Source: Octopus sinensis (lineage: Eukaryota). From it: a stretch of DNA of 21,160 nucleotides. Below are positions 19,085 through 21,160 of the stretch, piece after piece. Both the position numbers and the translations under genes were made by a program. The notes under the pieces were generated by a model that had not been told where the DNA came from, searched no databases, and worked only from the letters and a program-made list of their open reading frames with translations. The stretch lies in contig NW_021823788.1 of the NCBI RefSeq assembly GCF_006345805.1, positions 1-21,160 on the forward strand, in the 5' to 3' direction. How positions within the stretch are numbered: position 1 is the first letter of the stretch; every line of letters begins with the position of its first letter.

Positions 19085-19336
19085 TTCCTTCTTGAGCCAT
19101 GCCTGTCTCATAAGGGCCAGTTTCCTGGTCCGTCACAGGTGAGCTGCAAGATGCAGGAGGAAAGAGTAAGAGAAAGTTGTGGCAAAAGAGTCAGCCGGAG
19201 TTTGCCATTACTTTCTGCCAGAGCCGCGTGGAGCTTAGGTGTTTCGCTCATAAACACACACATCGCCCGGTCTGAGATTCGGACCTGCCGTCCCTCGACC
19301 ACGAGTCCGCTGCTCTAACCACTAGGCCATGTGCCT
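19085..19336 (-). mobile_element. tRNA-SINE whose tail resembles that of 12975-13226
   Basis: Head aggcacatggcctagtggttagagcagcggactc...ggtccgaatc; tail ggaaactggcccttatgag versus ggaaaccggcccttattag. Confidence 0.75.
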
Positions 19337-19419
19337 TCTCTTGTATACATATATATTTATACAGACATACATACATGAACACATGCACACACAAACATAC
19401 ATACATACATATATATACA

Positions 19420-19700
19420 TTTCACAGTATCAACTAAAGCATTGGATATTGTTATACATTGTTGGTCACCATGTGCTTCACATTGTTTTACCTTTTGAAT
19501 GATGCCACCCCAATGGCCAAACGTGCAAGCCATCATGGTGGTTCCATCACAGAGTTTTACCCATTTACAGCTGACTGAACTGTGAACTGGAAGAACGAGA
19601 AATGAAGTGTTTTGCTCAAGAACACAATGTACCACCCTGTCTCGAAATTGAAACTATGATCTAGCATTTGTGAGTGCAATATCCTAACCACTAGGTCACT
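19420..19700 (-). mobile_element. tRNA-SINE with the shared ttgtgttcttgagcaa block and a distinct body
   Basis: gtgacctagtggttaggatattgcactcac...cattgtgttcttgagcaaaacacttcatttc. Confidence 0.7.
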
Positions 19701-20044
19701 TGCCATTTCACACACACACACACACTCTCATGTAGTTATGTAGTTGATTTCTCTGTGTCATTCCATCAGTCTGTGAGTGTATCTAATTACCCTTGTTAAT
19801 TACATCTCCTTCATATATTTACATGAGAACATACATCAACACTCATTGTTTTACTGATATTCAACCCCCCCCCCGGCTCATTCTTACTCTCCTTCTTACT
19901 CTCACTCTCACTTTCTTTCTCTGTCTCTCTCTCTTTCTAATTTTGTCTGTCTCTCTCACTCTCCTTCCTCAGAGAACACACTCGCACCACACCCAGCCCC
20001 ACCACTCACTCTTTGTAGATATTGATCCAATTTACTTTCCAGAA

Positions 20045-20171
20045 TATATAAACATATAAACACACGAATATATACACATAAATACATGCTTATAGATATT
20101 CACACACACACACACACATATATATATGCATGTATGTGATTGTATGTATTTATGTGTGTGTAATGTCTGCG

Positions 20172-20206
<35 letters not shown>

Positions 20207-20407
20207 TTATACATATAGATGCATTTGTGTGCATATGCCTATTTTTCTGTGTGTCTATCTGCCTGTCTGTCTCTCTCTCTCTCTGTCTATCTCTCTATCT
20301 ATCTCTCTATCTATCTATCTATCTGTCTGCATGAGTGATTGTGTGTAGTTTTACATATGTGCGCATGGATTTGTATATGTATGTAATTGTACACATTTGT
20401 GTTTATT

Positions 20408-20444
<37 letters not shown>

Positions 20445-20679
20445 CATTGTGTTTGTAATATCTTCATTAATTTATAAAGATAACCTTTTCCTTTATTGCT
20501 TCCTGCCATAAAGACTCTTCTTCCTCTTCTTCCTATCCTTCTCCACTATCAAGTGCCCTCCCCACCTCTTCCAGCCCCTGCCAATCAACCCACACCCACT
20601 TCCACTGACATACATTTTGTATTCATCATCAAAATTCAATCACACACACACACACACAAACAAACATAGACACACAATG

Positions 20680-20723
<44 letters not shown>

Positions 20724-21063
20724 ATGTATTTAGGCACACACACACACTCACTGTGTGATTGGTTGTTTTGATTGTTGAATCTATATTGCCTTTTCTATTT
20801 ATATAAAATTTTCACTTGCAGACCTCCTCTTTTACTTCCTTCGTGTGTGTGTGTTTATGTATGTATATATGTGTATATATAAGTGTCAATATATAGTATG
20901 TGTGTATGTTTGTTTATGTATACATACTATAATACTTCCATCTATGATTATATAAGTATACATGCACTCATTTTAAAATATATATATGTGTGTGTGTGTG
21001 TGTTTGTGTGTATATCTATATATATGTACGTGTATGTATATATAATTATGTAATTAAATATAT
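20045..21063. repeat. Compound (CA)/(TA)/(TG)/(TCTA) microsatellites with CT-rich spacers
   Basis: Directly visible. Confidence 0.85.
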
Positions 21064-21142
21064 AGGTACACTCACAGGCAAGGAACACAGGTACACTCAC
21101 AGGCAAGGAACACGGGTACAAGATTTTCTGGGCAGGGAACAC
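21064..21142. repeat. 25-bp tandem repeat: two exact copies plus a degenerate third
   Basis: aggtacactcacaggcaaggaacac at 21064-21088 and 21089-21113. Confidence 0.9.
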
Positions 21143-21160
21143 TGACAGAGGTCGGGGCGG

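Overview
Eukaryotic, repeat-saturated genomic DNA. The repeat families look like those of Octopus (recognised from memory, not searched). The window is probably intronic: one well-supported 91-nt internal coding exon lies at 1627-1717 (+). The main element is a young Penelope-like retrotransposon (RT plus C-terminal GIY-YIG endonuclease, Neptune-like) at about 3085-6437, arranged as a ~1.05-kb inverted repeat. The rest is microsatellites, many tRNA-derived SINEs (several nested), two R4/Dong-type RLE fragments sitting in (TAA)n tracts, an L1/Tx1 ORF2 fragment and RTE 3' ends. The most unusual signal is a ~300-bp element at 18352-18658 (-) that joins a tRNA-like Pol III head to a minimal hammerhead ribozyme. 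It carries an inverted copy of its own 3' end at its 5' junction, the same architecture as the autonomous Penelope element. A second, unrelated hammerhead lies at 7160-7215 (-). Most ORFs in the track are microsatellite artefacts. Repeat boundaries are approximate and were read by eye.
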